A stretch of DNA of 64,000 bases from a bacterium (GCA_021780155.1 JAJXZH010000011.1:846-64845), one strand, 5' to 3'. Counted from the first letter of the stretch, positions 1 through 10,620 are shown. The notes: generated from the letters alone by a model not told the origin. Made by a program: numbers and translations.

Positions 1-129
1 GTTTATTTTTTGATTTTCAAAATAAATGTAAAAATTTACCCAACCAATAAAAACCGCTACGGCCAAAAAAATAATCCCCACCGCAAAAATCAACACCTTA
101 ACCGCCGATTTGCTCAATACATTTTTCAT
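1..129 (-). CDS. Partial membrane-anchored protein (runs off the window edge)
   Basis: Hand translation from ATG at 129: MKNVLSKSAVKVLIFAVGIIFLAVAVFIGWVNFYIYFENQKI..., one hydrophobic helix, frame open to position 1. Confidence 0.55.
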   Translation of the reverse strand, partial: MKNVLSKSAVKVLIFAVGIIFLAVAVFIGWVNFYIYFENQKIN

Positions 130-147
130 TAATCACATTATACCAAA

Positions 148-1635
148 TTAAATATGAATTGAAACGTTATCAATCAGATTAAAAAGTTTGGGGATGGACT
201 CAAGTTGCGCATATTTTCCTTTAAGTGATATGTTTTTGGTTATATTCTTTGATGCCTCAGGCAAAAATGGAGCCAGCATTACTCCAACGCTGTTTAATAA
301 AACCAGAAGATTAAACAAAATTTTTTCTTTTTCTACTTCTGGGATATCGGCGCTCCATGGCTTTTTTTCGTTGACATAACCGTCCCCAAAAGATATCAGC
401 GACCAAATTTCCGAAAGAGCGTCGTTAAATTTAAATTGATTCAAAAAATCATCAACATTTTTTTGAACCGTTTTAATTCTTTGTTCCAGCCCCAAATCAA
501 TCGCTTTAAAATCGTTGCGTATCGGATTTGGAAACTTGCTTGCCATACCCACGACTCTTGCCGAAAAATTTCCAAGCCCGTGCGCCAAATCGGAATTATG
601 GCGGTCAATAAATTTTTCTTCAGAATAACTTCCGTCTTCAAAAGGAGAAATTTCTTTCAAAAAATAATAACGGAGAGAATCGGAGCCGTATTTTTCAAAA
701 ATTTCGTTGGGGGAAATTATATTTCCAACCGATTTGGACATTTTTTGTCCTTCAACATTTATAAATCCGTGAACAAAGATTTTTTTGGGTAATGGCAATT
801 TTGCCGAAATCAACATTGCCGGCCAAATAGCGGCATGAAATCTCAGTATATCTTTCCCAATAACCTGGACATCGGCCGGCCACCATTTTAAAAATTCTTC
901 CTCGTCTCTTCCATATCCGATAGCGGAAATATAATTTGTTAAAGCGTCCGCCCAGACATAAATAACTTGCGATTCGTCTCCGGGAACGGGGATCCCCCAA
1001 GACAATTTATCTTTGGGTCGAGAAAAACTCACGTCTTCGAGTCCGTTTTCTATTAAAGACAAGATCTCGTTTGCTCTCCACTGGGGAATGATTTCAATTT
1101 CTTTGTCTTCTATTTTTTTCTTCAAAATTTTGGAATAAGCGGACAATCTGAAAAAATAGTTGTTTTCTTCAACCAATTCCGGCTCTTTATCGTGAAGCGG
1201 ACATTTGCCGTCAACCAAATCGGCGCTGGTTTTAAAAGATTCACATCCGGAGCAATAAAGTCCACGATAAGTTCTTTTATAAATATCGCCGGATTCTTCC
1301 ATCTTCGCCCAAATTTTAAACACTCCCGGCCAGTGGTTTTTGGAGTCGGTAGTTCTGATAAATTTATCCCAAGAAAGATTCAATATTTTTTTCAGGTCCT
1401 TAAACTTCTTGCTGTTGGCGTCAACAAGTTTTTTGGGAGTGATATTTTTTTGAAAGGCGGTTTTTTGAATTTTAGTTCCGTGTTCGTCGGTACCGGTTAG
1501 AAAAAAAACTTTCTGCCCCTTGGCTCTCGCGTATCGCGCCAAAACATCGGCTTGTATTTTTTCAAGAGAATGACCGATATGAGGAGCACCATTGGCGTAA
1601 TCAATGGCGGTAGTTATATAAAATTTTTTATCCAT
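148..1635 (-). CDS. metG: Methionyl-tRNA synthetase (short form, no C-terminal OB domain)
   Basis: FYITTAIDYANGAPHIGH (HIGH), KMSKS, GKDILRFH, CxxC..CxxH knuckle. Confidence 0.97.
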   Translation of the reverse strand: MDKKFYITTAIDYANGAPHIGHSLEKIQADVLARYARAKGQKVFFLTGTDEHGTKIQKTAFQKNITPKKLVDANSKKFKDLKKILNLSWDKFIRTTDSKNHWPGVFKIWAKMEESGDIYKRTYRGLYCSGCESFKTSADLVDGKCPLHDKEPELVEENNYFFRLSAYSKILKKKIEDKEIEIIPQWRANEILSLIENGLEDVSFSRPKDKLSWGIPVPGDESQVIYVWADALTNYISAIGYGRDEEEFLKWWPADVQVIGKDILRFHAAIWPAMLISAKLPLPKKIFVHGFINVEGQKMSKSVGNIISPNEIFEKYGSDSLRYYFLKEISPFEDGSYSEEKFIDRHNSDLAHGLGNFSARVVGMASKFPNPIRNDFKAIDLGLEQRIKTVQKNVDDFLNQFKFNDALSEIWSLISFGDGYVNEKKPWSADIPEVEKEKILFNLLVLLNSVGVMLAPFLPEASKNITKNISLKGKYAQLESIPKLFNLIDNVSIHI

Positions 1636-1653
1636 TGTTTATTTATTGGAAAA

Positions 1654-2664
1654 TTATTCTTGTGGTCTCCTTTTTCTTACCGACCACTCGTCAATCACCT
1701 CTTCAAAAATAATGCTTACCGGGACAGCCAACAAAACTCCGATAATTCCGGAAATTTCGGCTCCTGCCAGCATAGCGATAACAATTATCAGCGGATCGGT
1801 GCCAATAGCCTTGCTCATGACAAATGGCACCAAAAAATGGCCCTCTAATTGCTGAATAATGAAAAAAATCAAAACCGCCAACAACGCGGTTGAATATGAC
1901 TGGGGAAGAGTAATCAAAAACGTTATGGCGCCAACTGCTATCGGGCCAACATAAGGAATCAATTCAAACACGGCGGCAATCATTGCCAGCACCAGAGCAT
2001 AATCAACTCCCAAAATTATAAGCCCCAAGAAAGTAAGTCCACCTACAATAAAACTCAGAATCAATTGTCCCGACAACCAACGCCCTAATTTTCTTCTGGT
2101 TTTAAGATAAAGATTAACGGCATAATCCTCTTTATTTAGCGGCAGCACGGAACGGATAAATCTCTCCACTCCGTCCCTGCTTAACGTCAAATAAAACGCC
2201 AAAATCAAAGAAACGGCAATGAAAAAAATATTATTCAAAACACTTGAAAAAACTCCCGCCAAATTTCCCCCTCCATAAAACAAGACATTGATAATATTGG
2301 AAATTCCTTGATCAACTTGAGAAACCACACCCGAAGAACTGAAAAAATCAAGGACTGGAATTTTTAAGTCATTAAAATGAGACAAAAGATATTTAAATTG
2401 AATTAAAGTTACCGGCACTATCGTGTAAAGAAGCAAAAATAAAACTCCGATTCCAATCAAGTAGATAGCCATAACGCTCAAAACTCGCGGGATTTTTTTC
2501 TTTTCCAAATAAGTTACCGGACTATGAAGAGCCGAGGAGACGATTACCGCCACCAAAATCATCTCTAAGACGCTTCTGGTGTAATACAAAAACAGGGCAA
2601 AAATTGCCATAATCAAAATCTTCCAAAGGGAAGACCATTTTATCCCCGATGATTGGTTCTCCAT
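1654..2664 (-). CDS. AI-2E (PerM) family transporter
   Basis: Multi-TM; LIPYVGP, QQLEGHFLVP, GIIGVLLAVP motifs. Confidence 0.9.
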   Translation of the reverse strand: MENQSSGIKWSSLWKILIMAIFALFLYYTRSVLEMILVAVIVSSALHSPVTYLEKKKIPRVLSVMAIYLIGIGVLFLLLYTIVPVTLIQFKYLLSHFNDLKIPVLDFFSSSGVVSQVDQGISNIINVLFYGGGNLAGVFSSVLNNIFFIAVSLILAFYLTLSRDGVERFIRSVLPLNKEDYAVNLYLKTRRKLGRWLSGQLILSFIVGGLTFLGLIILGVDYALVLAMIAAVFELIPYVGPIAVGAITFLITLPQSYSTALLAVLIFFIIQQLEGHFLVPFVMSKAIGTDPLIIVIAMLAGAEISGIIGVLLAVPVSIIFEEVIDEWSVRKRRPQE

Positions 2665-2690
2665 TTATCTTTATTCTACTTCAAAATTGG

Positions 2691-3959
2691 TTATAAATAA
2701 AGAATTTTTTTGAATTTTTCGTCCGATTTATACGGACCAATAACCGAAAAATTAAGATTCTTATTTTGAAGTATCTGCCTTGCTAAACGAGCCAAATCGG
2801 CTTTTGTTACCGATTTTATCTTTTTTATAATTTGGTCGGGAGGAGAGGACTTACCTAAGACAATTTCCTGCTCTCCGTAGTAAAAAGCCAGGTCGCTGGA
2901 TGTTTCCAAGGAAAGCATAAAATTGCCCACATTGTGCTCTTTTGCCCTTGAAATTTCTTCGTCGGTTACCCCTTTTGAGACGACTTTTTTTAATGCTTGG
3001 ATAATCGCCTCAACCGCTTTTTGAGATTTTTTATGGTTAACACCGGCAAAAATCTCCAAATATCCGTGAGTGGCATAAAGACTGGGTGAAGCGCCGACAT
3101 AATAAGCCGCTCCCAATTCCTCTCTCACTTTCTGAAACAATCTGGAACTCATTCCGCCACCAATAATATCCGCCAGAATAGCAAGTGAAAATCTCCTTGA
3201 ATCAAAAATGGGGAACGCCTTAAAAGCCAGAGCAAAATGAGTTTGGTCAAGCTCCTTGAATTTAAATGTTGTTTTTGGTTTTTCTTGTTTATCCAAAACT
3301 GGTCGGCTCTTTATTTTTCCCCCGATTGGAACGCCGGAAAAATATTTTAGAGCCAATTTTTTTGCTTTTTGCAAAGAAATATTTCCGGCAAATATCAAAA
3401 ATGTTTTGGAAGCGACATAATGCTTTTTTCTGTAATCCAAAAAGTCGGACTTGTCCATTTTAACGATGTTCTCTTTCGGTCCGGCAACGTCCCACCCGGC
3501 AGGCTGGTCGCCATACATAATTTTTTCCAACATTTGCGAAACTTTTGACCTTGGTTGGTCCTCATACATATTAATTTCCTCTATTATTACTCCTTTTTCT
3601 TTTTTAATCTCTTCTTCTTTAAACAAAGGATTAAGATACATATCGGAAATCAAATCGGTTATTTGTTCGGCATGATCACAGGAAACTTTGCCATAATAAC
3701 CGGTTAAATCTCTTGAAGTGAAGGCATTGTAAGAAGCGCCTAAATTTTCAAATTCCGAAGAGATTAAAAATGGGGTGGGTCTTTGGGGGGTGCCTTTAAA
3801 GCACATATGCTCCAAAAAATGAGATATTCCATTATTGTTTTTTGTTTCATACGCCGAACCGGCTTGGACCAAAACAGCTACGGTAACCGATTTACTTTCT
3901 TTCATTGGAATAACCACCACTGAAAGTCCGTTTTTTAAATTGAATTTATTGAAATGCAT
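2691..3959 (-). CDS. M16 (pitrilysin-like) zinc peptidase
   Basis: GISHFLEHMCFKGT (HxxEH), NAFT, GGGMSSRLFQKVRE; start placed at MHFNK (3959) rather than the ORF-track 3995. Confidence 0.92.
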   Translation of the reverse strand: MHFNKFNLKNGLSVVVIPMKESKSVTVAVLVQAGSAYETKNNNGISHFLEHMCFKGTPQRPTPFLISSEFENLGASYNAFTSRDLTGYYGKVSCDHAEQITDLISDMYLNPLFKEEEIKKEKGVIIEEINMYEDQPRSKVSQMLEKIMYGDQPAGWDVAGPKENIVKMDKSDFLDYRKKHYVASKTFLIFAGNISLQKAKKLALKYFSGVPIGGKIKSRPVLDKQEKPKTTFKFKELDQTHFALAFKAFPIFDSRRFSLAILADIIGGGMSSRLFQKVREELGAAYYVGASPSLYATHGYLEIFAGVNHKKSQKAVEAIIQALKKVVSKGVTDEEISRAKEHNVGNFMLSLETSSDLAFYYGEQEIVLGKSSPPDQIIKKIKSVTKADLARLARQILQNKNLNFSVIGPYKSDEKFKKILYL

Positions 3960-3998
3960 AATTGACAATAATAGAACAAAAAAATAAAAAATCAAAAA

Positions 3999-5231
3999 TT
4001 ATTTATTTTCCTCCAACACCCCCAGCAACGCCTCTCTATCGGACCATTTTATTTTTTCTCCGTTTTTAATATGAATAAACTCTTCAGACCCTTTTCCCGT
4101 GCAAATTACAATATCGTTTTTATCCGCCAAAGAGACGGCTTTTTTTATGGCCTCTTTTCTATCCAATATTTCAAAGATGTTTTTTTCCGAAAACTTTTGA
4201 CTTAAAACTCCGGATTTTATTTTATTGGTGATATCTATCGGATTTTCGTCATATGGGTCCTCGTTGGTAAGAATTATTTTATCGCAATACAAAGCCGCAA
4301 TTTCTCCCATTTTTGACCTCTTCCATTTATCCCTACCTCCACCCGCCGAACCCAAAACGCAAATCAGTTGATTTTCTTTATGTTTTTTATTTTTTAAGTG
4401 ATTGTAAACCGCCTCAAGAGAATCCGGAGTGTGGGCATAATCGACAATTGCCGTAAATCGACTTTTTATCACCACCTCCATTCTTCCTTTGACCCCTTGG
4501 AAGTTTTCAATAGCAGATTTTATATCCTCCGCCGAAACACCGAAATTTTCCGCGACCATGGCGGCAGCGGAAACATTCGTTTTCATAAAATCAGCCGAAA
4601 GCGCTTGAGGAAGTTTTATTTTAAAAATATCCAAAGAATCTCGAGAAAATCTTATTACCGGAAAATTTTTTGAAGCTTTGACAAACTTTTCCGCATATTT
4701 ATCGTCGGTATTAACAAAAAATTTAGGAATTTTTGAATCAAACCTCGAAGAAGCATAATCAAAAAAAGACAGCTTCGCCTGCAAATAATTTTCAAAAGAA
4801 CCATGGGCTTCGATGTGCTCCGGATGGATATCCAAAAAAACTGCTCCATCCCAAAAAATAAAACGATGCCGATGCTGAGCGACTCCTTGAGAAGTAACCT
4901 CCACCAAAGCTACTTGGCATTTTTTCAATGCCGAATCGGATAGAAATTTTTGGATAAAAAATCTCCCCGGCATGCTGTTTCCGGTTGTGTTTTTTTCTAT
5001 ATCATCTCCCTTTTTGACATCCACCGAAGATATGAAAGCGGTTTTTATTCCGGCTTTTTCAAAAATATCGGACAAAATCGCCAAAGTTGTCGATTTCCCC
5101 TTAGTTCCGGTAATGCCGATAACTTTTATTTTTCTTGAAGGAAATCCGTAAAACAATGCCCCGAAAAAACTCATCAGCCAGTGATAAACGGAAAACAAAG
5201 AATATTTAATTTTTCTAATGACCTCGTTCAT
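3999..5231 (-). CDS. murE: MurE-like UDP-MurNAc-tripeptide ligase, N-terminal domain shortened
   Basis: GITGTKGKSTT P-loop, EVTSQG, VDYAHTPDSL, GGGRDKWKR, GKGSE. Confidence 0.88.
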   Translation of the reverse strand: MNEVIRKIKYSLFSVYHWLMSFFGALFYGFPSRKIKVIGITGTKGKSTTLAILSDIFEKAGIKTAFISSVDVKKGDDIEKNTTGNSMPGRFFIQKFLSDSALKKCQVALVEVTSQGVAQHRHRFIFWDGAVFLDIHPEHIEAHGSFENYLQAKLSFFDYASSRFDSKIPKFFVNTDDKYAEKFVKASKNFPVIRFSRDSLDIFKIKLPQALSADFMKTNVSAAAMVAENFGVSAEDIKSAIENFQGVKGRMEVVIKSRFTAIVDYAHTPDSLEAVYNHLKNKKHKENQLICVLGSAGGGRDKWKRSKMGEIAALYCDKIILTNEDPYDENPIDITNKIKSGVLSQKFSEKNIFEILDRKEAIKKAVSLADKNDIVICTGKGSEEFIHIKNGEKIKWSDREALLGVLEENK

Positions 5232-5794
5232 TTTTTAGCAAAGATTTTTAATGCCGATTTTATTTTTTCTTCCGTTGTTTTGGCGGATGACGGAACCAAA
5301 GACAAAACTTCATCCACTTGTTTTTTGGAATACCCCAAAGAACGCAAAGCGTCTTTGGTCTCCGATAAAGCCGATTCGTTTTTGGCGCCATAAATTATTC
5401 CTTCTTTTTCCAATTTATCCTTCATTTCCAAAACTATTTTTGAGGCCGTTTTAAAACTCATTCCGGCATCTTTTAGAGTTTTGATATCTTCCCTTATTAT
5501 CGCCGACTTTAATGTTTTTATATCCAAAGAGTTCATTATTTTTAAGGCGATTTTGGGACCAATGCCGGACACCAAATTAAGCATTTCAAAAAAAACTTTT
5601 TGGGAATTTTTTTCAAAACCAAAGAGCTCAAACTGTTCGGGATATAAAACACAAAGAAGTTTGACTCGCTTGCCCAATGGAAGATCCAAAGCCAAATCGT
5701 TTAATATTAAAATCTTAAATCCGATTCCGGCAGTTTCCAAAACAACAAAGTTTTGGCCCTTGGCCGATATTTTACCGGTGATTGAATAAATCAT
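5228..5794 (-). CDS. ruvA: Holliday junction DNA-binding subunit RuvA
   Basis: MIYSITG, VLETAGIGF, LFGF, VSGIGPKIA HhH, ALRSLGYS. Confidence 0.95.
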   Translation of the reverse strand: MIYSITGKISAKGQNFVVLETAGIGFKILILNDLALDLPLGKRVKLLCVLYPEQFELFGFEKNSQKVFFEMLNLVSGIGPKIALKIMNSLDIKTLKSAIIREDIKTLKDAGMSFKTASKIVLEMKDKLEKEGIIYGAKNESALSETKDALRSLGYSKKQVDEVLSLVPSSAKTTEEKIKSALKIFAKK

Positions 5795-5845
5795 TTATAA
5801 AAACAATTATATCCCAATCCGATGTTATTAAAAAGGTCAAAATCG

Positions 5846-5874
5846 TTGACTTGTAAACAAATAGCTGTTAATAT
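5846..5874 (+). promoter_or_regulatory. Sigma70-type promoter for rpsT
   Basis: TTGACT-N17-TAATAT with a TG extension, about 30 nt before the rpsT ATG. Confidence 0.6.
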
Positions 5875-5903
5875 CTAAAAATAAAATTTTAAACAAAAAA
5901 TAG

Positions 5904-6179
5904 ATGCCCAAAATAAAATCAGCCAAAAAAGCTCTTAGACAGAATATTCGAAGAAGAGCAAAAAACAACGAAAGAAAAACGGCTTTAAAAAAAGCGGTGA
6001 AAGATTTCAAAAAACTAATTGAGGCCAAAAAAATAGACGAAGCTCAAGACGCCTTAAAAAAAGTTTACAAAATTGCCGATAAAGTCGTTAAAACAAAATT
6101 CATAAAAAAGAACAAAGCCTCGAGAATCAAATCTCGAATGGCAAAAATGCTCGGTAAAAAAACCTCAGGCAATCAATAA
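5904..6179 (+). CDS. rpsT: 30S ribosomal protein S20
   Basis: MPKIKSAKKALRQ...N...KNKASRIKSR. Confidence 0.96.
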   Translation: MPKIKSAKKALRQNIRRRAKNNERKTALKKAVKDFKKLIEAKKIDEAQDALKKVYKIADKVVKTKFIKKNKASRIKSRMAKMLGKKTSGNQ

Positions 6180-6974
6180 AGACAATATTGCTTGTTCCGG
6201 TTCTAAAAATCCCGATTTGACGGCAACGTCGGCATCGGAGATTTTTTTTATCAAAGGTAAATTGCCGGCAGATTTAGAAAGATAATTCAAAATGGTATAG
6301 CTGTCTGTTTTTTGAAACATCAATTTTTCCCACAAGAACATTTTTTCTCCAATAGAATAATTGAAACAGACCGCTTTGGAAAAATCGAATATGCCGCTCT
6401 CTTGGCGATATTCATCCATAGAAAAAATAAGTTCTCGGGTTATGGGAATATTCAAAAAAGAAATTCTGTCCAGCTCATTTATGCAAGCATAAATATCTTG
6501 CTTAAAAAGTCCAAGAAAATAATCCAAAACCACCGGTTCAACTTTTATGTTTTTTAATTTTATTTCACGAACCAAGTATTCTTTCGCTTTGCTCTCGGAC
6601 AGTTTGTCAAAATAAAAATTTTTTAAACTGCCATCTTTCATAAAATTATCCAATATGGTCGGCGTTTTCCCTTTTTCCCAATTTTCGTTGAAAATCAAAA
6701 CACTTTCTTTGTCGACACCAAGCAAAAGAACAATTCTTTTGAAGGTATCACTCTCAAATTGAAAAGAGGAATTTTTTATTATTGCCACTCTTTTGGCGGA
6801 CTCAAATAAACTTCTTGGGACAATAAAGTCATACAAATTGTCCAACTCTCCCTCTTCGTCCAAAGAAAATCTTTTAAACGCCGTCTGGGGTTTTTTATCA
6901 AAAATTGCCGAACAGAGAGCTTCAAGCTTTTTGTTTCGGCCATATTCATCCGGTCCATTGAATAAATAGATCAT
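6165..6974 (-). CDS. holA: DNA polymerase III delta subunit (divergent)
   Basis: IYLFNGPDEY N-terminus, SLF, NELDRI; convergent with rpsT as in many bacteria; start at MIYLF overlaps the mutM stop (ATGA). Confidence 0.8.
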   Translation of the reverse strand: MIYLFNGPDEYGRNKKLEALCSAIFDKKPQTAFKRFSLDEEGELDNLYDFIVPRSLFESAKRVAIIKNSSFQFESDTFKRIVLLLGVDKESVLIFNENWEKGKTPTILDNFMKDGSLKNFYFDKLSESKAKEYLVREIKLKNIKVEPVVLDYFLGLFKQDIYACINELDRISFLNIPITRELIFSMDEYRQESGIFDFSKAVCFNYSIGEKMFLWEKLMFQKTDSYTILNYLSKSAGNLPLIKKISDADVAVKSGFLEPEQAILSLLIA

Positions 6975-7882
6975 TTTAATGGCTGACAATGGGGGCAAAA
7001 ATAAGAAGACCTTTGACCTATCTTAACTCTTTTTATTTTGGTTTGGCAAAGAAGACAAGGCATTCCTTCCCGGCCATAAACATACCTTACCTTATCATAA
7101 CCGCCTCGCTTTCCGTAAGTATCGCGGTAATCGCTTGAAGATATTCCCCTCAGTTTAAGCGATTTTTTTATGATTTTTTTCGATGAAACAATAATTTTAG
7201 CGACTTCTTTTTTCGATAAAACATTGGATTTGGTTAGAGGATTTATTTTTGCAATAAACAATAATTCATCTCCATAAATATTTCCTATACCGGAAACGAC
7301 TTGCTGCTCAAGCAATATCGGCTTAACCGCTTTTTTTCTTTTTTTAAAAATTTGGCAAAGATAATCGGCATTGAATTTTTTAGAAAAAACATCCGGACCC
7401 AAATTTTTTAAATCTTTAAAATTATCCAACTCTTCTTGAGGAATCAAAACTACTTTGGCAAATTTTCTTAAATCGGAAAGCGCCATCTGTGCGCCGTTAT
7501 CCAAATAAAAAATCATTCTTATATAACTATTGTATTTGTCGGAGGAAATTGGCCCCTTGGTCTGAGGAATGGGAGTTATTTTTTTGCCTTCTTTTTTTAA
7601 TTTCCATTCGCCTATTAAAAAATGGCCGGTCATTTTCTGATGAACCAACATTGCCATGTCAGAATATTTTTTTTTATTCTTTGATTTTAATATAAAAATA
7701 ATATTCTTTCCCCTTCTTTGAACATCGGTTATAAAATAACCAACAATTTGATTGTAAAATTCTTTCGAAGAAAAACCCTTGATGAGTTTGGGTGTATCTG
7801 TCCAAAAATCAACGATGGTCCTTTTTGTGACTCGTTTTTTTAAATCATCAACAATTGTTTGCACTTCCGGCAATTCGGGCAT
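6971..7882 (-). CDS. mutM: Formamidopyrimidine-DNA glycosylase Fpg
   Basis: MPELPEV, RRGK, GIGNIYGDE, C-terminal CxxC...CxxC zinc finger. Confidence 0.97.
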   Translation of the reverse strand: MPELPEVQTIVDDLKKRVTKRTIVDFWTDTPKLIKGFSSKEFYNQIVGYFITDVQRRGKNIIFILKSKNKKKYSDMAMLVHQKMTGHFLIGEWKLKKEGKKITPIPQTKGPISSDKYNSYIRMIFYLDNGAQMALSDLRKFAKVVLIPQEELDNFKDLKNLGPDVFSKKFNADYLCQIFKKRKKAVKPILLEQQVVSGIGNIYGDELLFIAKINPLTKSNVLSKKEVAKIIVSSKKIIKKSLKLRGISSSDYRDTYGKRGGYDKVRYVYGREGMPCLLCQTKIKRVKIGQRSSYFCPHCQPLK

Positions 7883-8036
7883 AAAAATAAATGACTAATA
7901 AATAATTATTGGTAGATAGTATAACACAAAAAATAATCGGCAAGGGAAAACTAACTATAGATAATTACGAGTTATCTTTTTATCTTATCACGTCCCGCTA
8001 CCCATATTTTTGTAATTATTTCGTATTTTGTAGCCC

Positions 8037-9365
8037 TTACTCAAATTCAATCAATTCTTTTTTTGGAATAACTTCGCGATTTGTCGGAAGAGTAAAATAA
8101 AAAGTAGTCCCTCTGTTGATTTCGGACTCCACCCATATTCTTCCCCCGTGACGAGTAATGATATTTTTTGCTATGTAAAGTCCCATGCCGGTCCCATCGG
8201 GAGAAAATTTAACAACATTGTCGGCTCTGAAAAATTTGGTAAAAAGTTTGTCTATCTGATTTTGAGGAATGCCGACGCCGGTATCTTTAATGGAGATTTT
8301 TACGAACGGCTCATTGTTTTCTTTTTCGGCAGAAACGGTAACTTCTCCGTTTTCAACGTTATATTTTATAGCATTGTCCAAAAGATTGGATAACACCATA
8401 TTCAATTTCTGCTGATCCACAAAAACATCGATTGACGGCTCTTGCGGTTTGGCAAAATAAAGTTTTATTCCATATTGTTTGGCAATAGTATTGGTTTGAG
8501 CCAAAAATTCTTCCAAATAAGATATGACATTTACCTGCTCAAATTGATATCCAAATCTTCCTTCTTCTATTTTTGAGACGTCCAAAAGGTCGTTGACGGT
8601 TTTGAGCATTTTTTTTGCCGCCGCAAAACCGGTGGTGACAAGTTCTTTTTGATCGGGAGCAAGTTGGCTGCTATTTAATCCCTCCAAAGCCCAGTTTATT
8701 GCGGTAAGTGGAGTTCTTAATTGATGAGCGGCAACAGTTATAAATTCGGTTTTTGATTTCAAAAGCTCCATCTCTCTGGTCCTGTTGGTTATCAATTTAA
8801 CAAATCCGGTGTTATTTCCTTCTCTATCAAAAATTCTATCGGTTACCACTCTCAAATCAAGTTCTGGAGCATCAAAAGAAACGTCAATTACTTGAGGATA
8901 AACACCGGGGTCGGAATGTTTTATCACCGCCGGCGCCAGAGAAGAAAAAACGACTTGCGCTAAGATTTTTAATTTTGGATCGTTGGCCATCGCTGCCGAC
9001 AATTTTATTCCGACAATATCTTCTTTATTTATAGAAAATATTTCTTGTGCCGCCGGATTAAAAGTAGTCACCTCAAAGTCGTTGCTATAGGCCAAAACTC
9101 CTATATTAAGATGCTCTACAATGCTTGAAACTTGGCCCGTCTCCGCCTTTAAGCGGACATTGATTTTAGAAAGCCTAAAGCTTGAAAAAATCATCAAAAA
9201 TAAAATAAGTGCCAATCCTCCAACAACAATCAATGCTATGCCTGATGGCAAATAAATAAAACTAATAACAAGAATAATAATTAAAATCGGCGCCAAGTAA
9301 AAAACAGGCCGAAACTCCGGCTGCATTAAATATTGAAAAAATTTTGAGCGCTTCTTGTCAATCAT
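8037..9365 (-). CDS. Membrane sensor histidine kinase (2 TM, PAS-like, HisKA, HATPase)
   Basis: AAHQLRTPL H-box, NLLDNAIKY N-box, DTGVGI, GTGMGL, GTTFYFTLP. Confidence 0.95.
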   Translation of the reverse strand: MIDKKRSKFFQYLMQPEFRPVFYLAPILIIILVISFIYLPSGIALIVVGGLALILFLMIFSSFRLSKINVRLKAETGQVSSIVEHLNIGVLAYSNDFEVTTFNPAAQEIFSINKEDIVGIKLSAAMANDPKLKILAQVVFSSLAPAVIKHSDPGVYPQVIDVSFDAPELDLRVVTDRIFDREGNNTGFVKLITNRTREMELLKSKTEFITVAAHQLRTPLTAINWALEGLNSSQLAPDQKELVTTGFAAAKKMLKTVNDLLDVSKIEEGRFGYQFEQVNVISYLEEFLAQTNTIAKQYGIKLYFAKPQEPSIDVFVDQQKLNMVLSNLLDNAIKYNVENGEVTVSAEKENNEPFVKISIKDTGVGIPQNQIDKLFTKFFRADNVVKFSPDGTGMGLYIAKNIITRHGGRIWVESEINRGTTFYFTLPTNREVIPKKELIEFE

Positions 9366-9371
9366 TACTCA

Positions 9372-10604
9372 TTAATCTAAATTAAAAACATACAACTGAC
9401 CATCTAATCTATTTATAAAATAAATTTTGCCGTTCAATTCTTTTATTTTGGAAATGTCTAAATTTGTATTAGGTGCATTAAATAAAGTAGATACATCAAA
9501 ACTTTGCAAATCGATTTGATAAAGACCGTCATTAAAGTAAGCCCCCCTCATCAGATAATCATCGGGCAAAACGAGATCAGAGCCTTTGTTATTCAAAAAA
9601 GACAGGGCGCAATAAGCATATTTGGAATTGTAAGAAAAAGAACATTTCTCCGGAACAGTGCTTAAAACAATATCCGCCAATTTAGTCCCAGATTTATTTG
9701 TTAATGACACGTTATAATTTTTGGAATCGGCTGAAATAAATTCCATAGCATAATCAAATGGATAAGAAAATATTGCCCCAATTCCTTGACCTTGCCCAAA
9801 AAGATTGACTGTTTTTTTGTTTAAATCCAAGTACCATATTTGACCGGAATAATTAAAAGATTGTTTTGGCATTATAAAAATTTTATTCGCGTCTGGCCAT
9901 AGAATATTCGCATCCAAAATGTTTAAAGAAGATAGCAGAGTCACTTGATTTTTTGTGTTCGTCAAATTAATTGAATAAATATTTGCCGTTCCGCCGGAAT
10001 ATTTAAGAATAGCTAATTTTTTACCATCCGGGGAAAAATCAAAAGAGCTAACTCCCGAGCTTAATTCTTTCCAAACGCCAATACTTGAATCAAATAAAGC
10101 CAAGCTTCCGGAATCAAATTGAACAACAATTTCTTTGCCATCAATACTTTGGACTAATTTTAACGGCACTCCATAATTAGAAGCTGAAATAATTTTTTCT
10201 TGAAGAGGCCCCAAAATTTCAATCACCTCTCCTTTATTATTCAAATAAAAAACTCTTGGCAATACCTGGGAAGATGATGAAGTGGAGGTAGAGGTAGAAG
10301 TTGAAGAATAAATCCAATAATCAACTATCGTGTCATTATTGGTTAATAAAGATAATTTTTGCTTTTGTTGGTCATAAATTGACTGATCTTGAGTATTAGA
10401 ATTTGAAGTCGCAGAATTTGAATAAGAAGAATTATTTGATGAATAGTTATTACTGGAACTAGATGATGATATCGGCAAACTTCCCGATTGATTACTTTGA
10501 TTTGGGCTTGCGACAAATGATGATTTTTTGTAACCAAAATAAACCCCTACCCCTATAGCAATGATTATCAGAACAATTATCAAAACTAAAATTGTTTTTT
10601 TCAT
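9372..10604 (-). CDS. Membrane-anchored beta-propeller (TolB/WD-like) protein with Ser/Asn-rich stalk
   Basis: N-terminal TM helix, S/N-rich linker, repeated blades (SIDGKEI, FSPDGKKLA, WPDANKI, FSYNSKYAYC). Confidence 0.7.
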   Translation of the reverse strand: MKKTILVLIIVLIIIAIGVGVYFGYKKSSFVASPNQSNQSGSLPISSSSSSNNYSSNNSSYSNSATSNSNTQDQSIYDQQKQKLSLLTNNDTIVDYWIYSSTSTSTSTSSSSQVLPRVFYLNNKGEVIEILGPLQEKIISASNYGVPLKLVQSIDGKEIVVQFDSGSLALFDSSIGVWKELSSGVSSFDFSPDGKKLAILKYSGGTANIYSINLTNTKNQVTLLSSLNILDANILWPDANKIFIMPKQSFNYSGQIWYLDLNKKTVNLFGQGQGIGAIFSYPFDYAMEFISADSKNYNVSLTNKSGTKLADIVLSTVPEKCSFSYNSKYAYCALSFLNNKGSDLVLPDDYLMRGAYFNDGLYQIDLQSFDVSTLFNAPNTNLDISKIKELNGKIYFINRLDGQLYVFNLD

Positions 10605-10620
10605 CTGTTATTTTTTATAA

